Part shown: positions 63,681-64,000 of the stretch, one piece after another
Layout of the letters: the number at the start of each line of letters is the position of its first letter
How positions within the stretch are numbered: position 1 is the stretch's first letter
Source: Eledone cirrhosa
Taxonomy: Eukaryota
DNA length: 64,000 nt
Reading direction: 5' to 3'
Assembly (NCBI GenBank): GCA_964016885.1
Contig: OZ024740.1
Coordinates: forward strand, 22,754,001-22,818,000
Position numbers and translations under genes: made by a program
The notes under the pieces: generated by a model
The model's input: the letters and a program-made list of their open reading frames with translations, nothing else
Database searches by the model: none
What the model was told of the DNA's origin: nothing

Positions 63681-64000
63681 ACGTGTTTCCACTGTCGGAC
63701 AGACAGACAGAGGAATTGCTGGTTATATATTATAAGGAGACTAGCAGAAAACCACCCAGTGGGCGGTTTTCTGCTAGCAAATCTAGTGTATATACTGATA
63801 TTGTTGAGATTTGGATGAGAAATGTTTTCAGCACCACATGTTCACCGTCTCTCAGTGTGTCTTTTATGCATGTATAAATATATATGTTATCTATACGGTG
63901 AAATCTTTGAAATAAATATATGTTAAAACGAAAAAGGAGAAAATAAATAACTGGCGGTTAGAAAAAAATATTCCTATGAAATTTTAATCATACCATTAGG
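63681..64000 (+). mobile_element. HINE-like module, further copy
   Basis: 63681-63942 matches ~62308-62570 including the ctagcagaaaa...ttttctgctag hairpin; 63948-64000 matches ~61671-61723. Confidence 0.65.

Overview
This is non-genic, repeat-dominated eukaryotic DNA, most likely from a cephalopod such as Octopus (inferred from Nin/Deu-domain tRNA-SINEs and dense (TA)n microsatellites). No intact protein-coding gene is supported; nearly all ORFs in the track are artefacts of simple repeats. About 50 kb is tandem repeat: GT-skewed arrays from 0.65 to 34 kb (GTA/GTT triplets, a ~42-bp unit, a GGAATGGTGTTGGTATT(GTT)n(GGT)m unit, a 200-N gap, an 8-bp GTGTGGNN unit) and a 16.5-kb 48/52-bp minisatellite at 41.5-58 kb. 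The rest is transposon debris: an RLE-type LINE endonuclease fragment, a Tx1/L1-type LINE 3' end, RTE-like 5' UTR fragments, two SINEs, HINE/DINE-1-like rolling-circle elements and a palindromic element family next to (TA)n tracts. The most notable signal is a cluster of three different type I hammerhead ribozyme motifs within 1.1 kb (34.6-35.66 kb), plus a degenerate relative at 59.1 kb. One has a compensatory U3-A8 core (UUGAUAA) and sits between ~240-bp direct repeats 560 bp apart, like a retrozyme or Penelope pLTR. All structures were folded by eye; no searches were run.
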